64,000 bases of DNA from the NCBI RefSeq assembly GCF_964355755.1, contig NC_092673.1:20395648-20459647 (forward strand), written 5' to 3'. This DNA comes from Antedon mediterranea (Eukaryota; Animalia; Echinodermata). This document shows, piece by piece, positions 62,273 to 64,000 of this stretch; positions within the stretch are counted from its first letter, which is position 1; each line of letters starts with the position of its first letter. A program made the translations under genes and the position numbers. The notes under the pieces were generated by a model. It saw nothing but the letters and a program-made list of their open reading frames with translations, did no database searches and was not told the origin of the DNA.

Positions 62273-63514
62273 TTACGAAGAAGAAGATGATAAAAACGAT
62301 GAGAATGAATCCTCTGAACAATTGATTTCGTCACTTCCGTCGAGGCAGTCTGAGACTCCATCACACGATTTGGATGCTGAGATGCACATGCCATTGTTGC
62401 ATTGGAATGGATCTCCAATGAAATCGTTTTTACAAGAATCTAAAATTAAGGAAAATAAGATAAGATTTGGATCGGTTTGTATTGGTTCCAAATATAGATA
62501 ATTCATTCATTTTATTGTTACACATACGATAATAAATAAATTAAATAAATAGATTTAAATTTTGCTTATGTGTGGATACTCTAATATTAGAGTATCTAAT
62601 ATAATAAGCCCAACTGGCTTTAGGGCTGAGTTTCCATTGTACATGGAGATACAAACAAAAAAAGGCCAAACAGATTTTTAGTTGAATTGACAATTATCTT
62701 CTCCTCTAGATTAATAAAAGTTAAATTCTTTTATAAATTAGATAATGATAATAGTAATACTAATAGTTCTTCTATTCTGAATAGTGGCAATAGCTTAAAC
62801 CAGATCCTGCCGGCTTCATTTATCATATATGAAAGTAACGTGCACGAAGAAACTGAAATTGATTGGCCAACTTACTTTTCCAGTCGTCCGCGCATTGGTC
62901 AACACCTTCATCACTTTTGTCTACGCAGTCTACCTTTGTGTCGCAAACCCATTCAGAGAATATACATTCACCGGACACTGGACATTTATATGGATTGGGT
63001 ACATACTCCTTCAGTTTATCGCAGTCCATAGCTACAATGATAACATATTTAATTTAGTTAAAATGAGAGAGAGATTCATAATATCAAACTCAACGTTATG
63101 GACATTTTACAATTCGGAGAACAAACCGTTTACTATGATTCTTGTTTATTTATTTAATTGTTCATATATAATCTGCTGATTTGAAGCAATATTCGACGTT
63201 CAGCTGTGTTAATTGTAGATTAAAATCATTTAATTATGTTTTGACATCATGTCTAAATCACCGATGCACGCAGTAGGCCTACCATTCATAGACCACTATA
63301 CTTTACGATAAAAATGCCATGAAGAATTATTGCCATTGCAACATATTTTAATATATTTTATATTTTTAATATTTTAGTAGGCCTACCGTAATATGCCATA
63401 TTACGGTAGGCCTACTCAACCATGTTTAAAAAATATTGAAAAAATATATACATTACCATTTCCAAATGTAGAAAGGGAAACAATCGCAAAACACAAACAA
63501 GCAAAACTCCGCAT
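62273..63514 (-). CDS. Small secreted protein with two LDL-receptor class A modules, 126 aa, 3 exons
   Basis: Exons 63457-63514 (signal [19 protein letters not shown]), 62876-63031 and 62273-62439 with phase-1 introns. Two 6-Cys modules: ...[20 protein letters not shown]...C and ...[30 protein letters not shown] at 63611-63617; AATAAA at 62094-62099 on the minus strand. Confidence 0.85.
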
Positions 63515-64000
63515 AGTGGTAATGGGTCCAAAAGAAGTAGAATAATATAATAACGTCGAGCTGTTTAAGATCAGAGATCGTCTATCTGCACTTAAAACGT
63601 CCACAACGCATTATATAGGCCTATTATATACCACCAGGTGTGACATGACAAGTGGGTGAGTATTAACCATGTATTCCCCAGTGTAACTTTGAGACCATTA
63701 GTTACATATGGAACTTAATAATTATGTTAAATAATGTATTTGATGACTTCAAACGCAATTAAGATTTGATACGCAAGTTGTTAATGTGTGTAAGTAATAA
63801 TACTTATTTGTTATAGTAATCTTAACATGTATACGATTTGGCGACACGGAGTATAATCTGTAAGGAAGGAGGAGCGAGAAAACACGGATATAGCTATGTA
63901 CTTTTAAGCTTTTTATCACACCAATAACTTCGTGTTTCGGGGCGATAGGATGATTTAAATAAGGATGTATTTTTATCACAATTTCTTGTGAAATAACTGA

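Overview
AT-rich eukaryotic (metazoan, probably invertebrate deuterostome; an echinoderm/crinoid is a guess from composition and the abundant TAGGCCTA motif) genomic DNA with spliced genes that the ORF track fragments. Manual exon assembly gives a cluster of four secreted-protein genes (CYT1 minus 11558-14483; CYT2 plus 33302-35964; CYT3 plus 38938-43253; CYT4 plus 43961-46729). They are paralogous, share the intron-phase pattern and exon sizes of long-chain class I four-helix-bundle cytokines (IL-6/IL-11/CNTF/CLCF1, GH/PRL type), and sit near TATA, NF-kB, STAT and AP-1/CRE motifs. This candidate invertebrate helical-cytokine locus is the main finding; the fold is inferred and has not been computed. 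To the right, on the minus strand, are a complete 9-exon aldo-keto reductase 1 gene (GC-AG intron, Nrf2-type AREs), a uronyl/heparan 2-O-sulfotransferase-like gene whose transmembrane first exon is interrupted by a 30-bp palindrome with a 7-bp TSD, and a small secreted protein with two LDLa modules. The rest is satellites, MITEs (Harbinger-, piggyBac-, hAT-, Kolobok- and Helentron-like), a tRNA-derived SINE and Penelope-type remnants with a degenerate hammerhead ribozyme.
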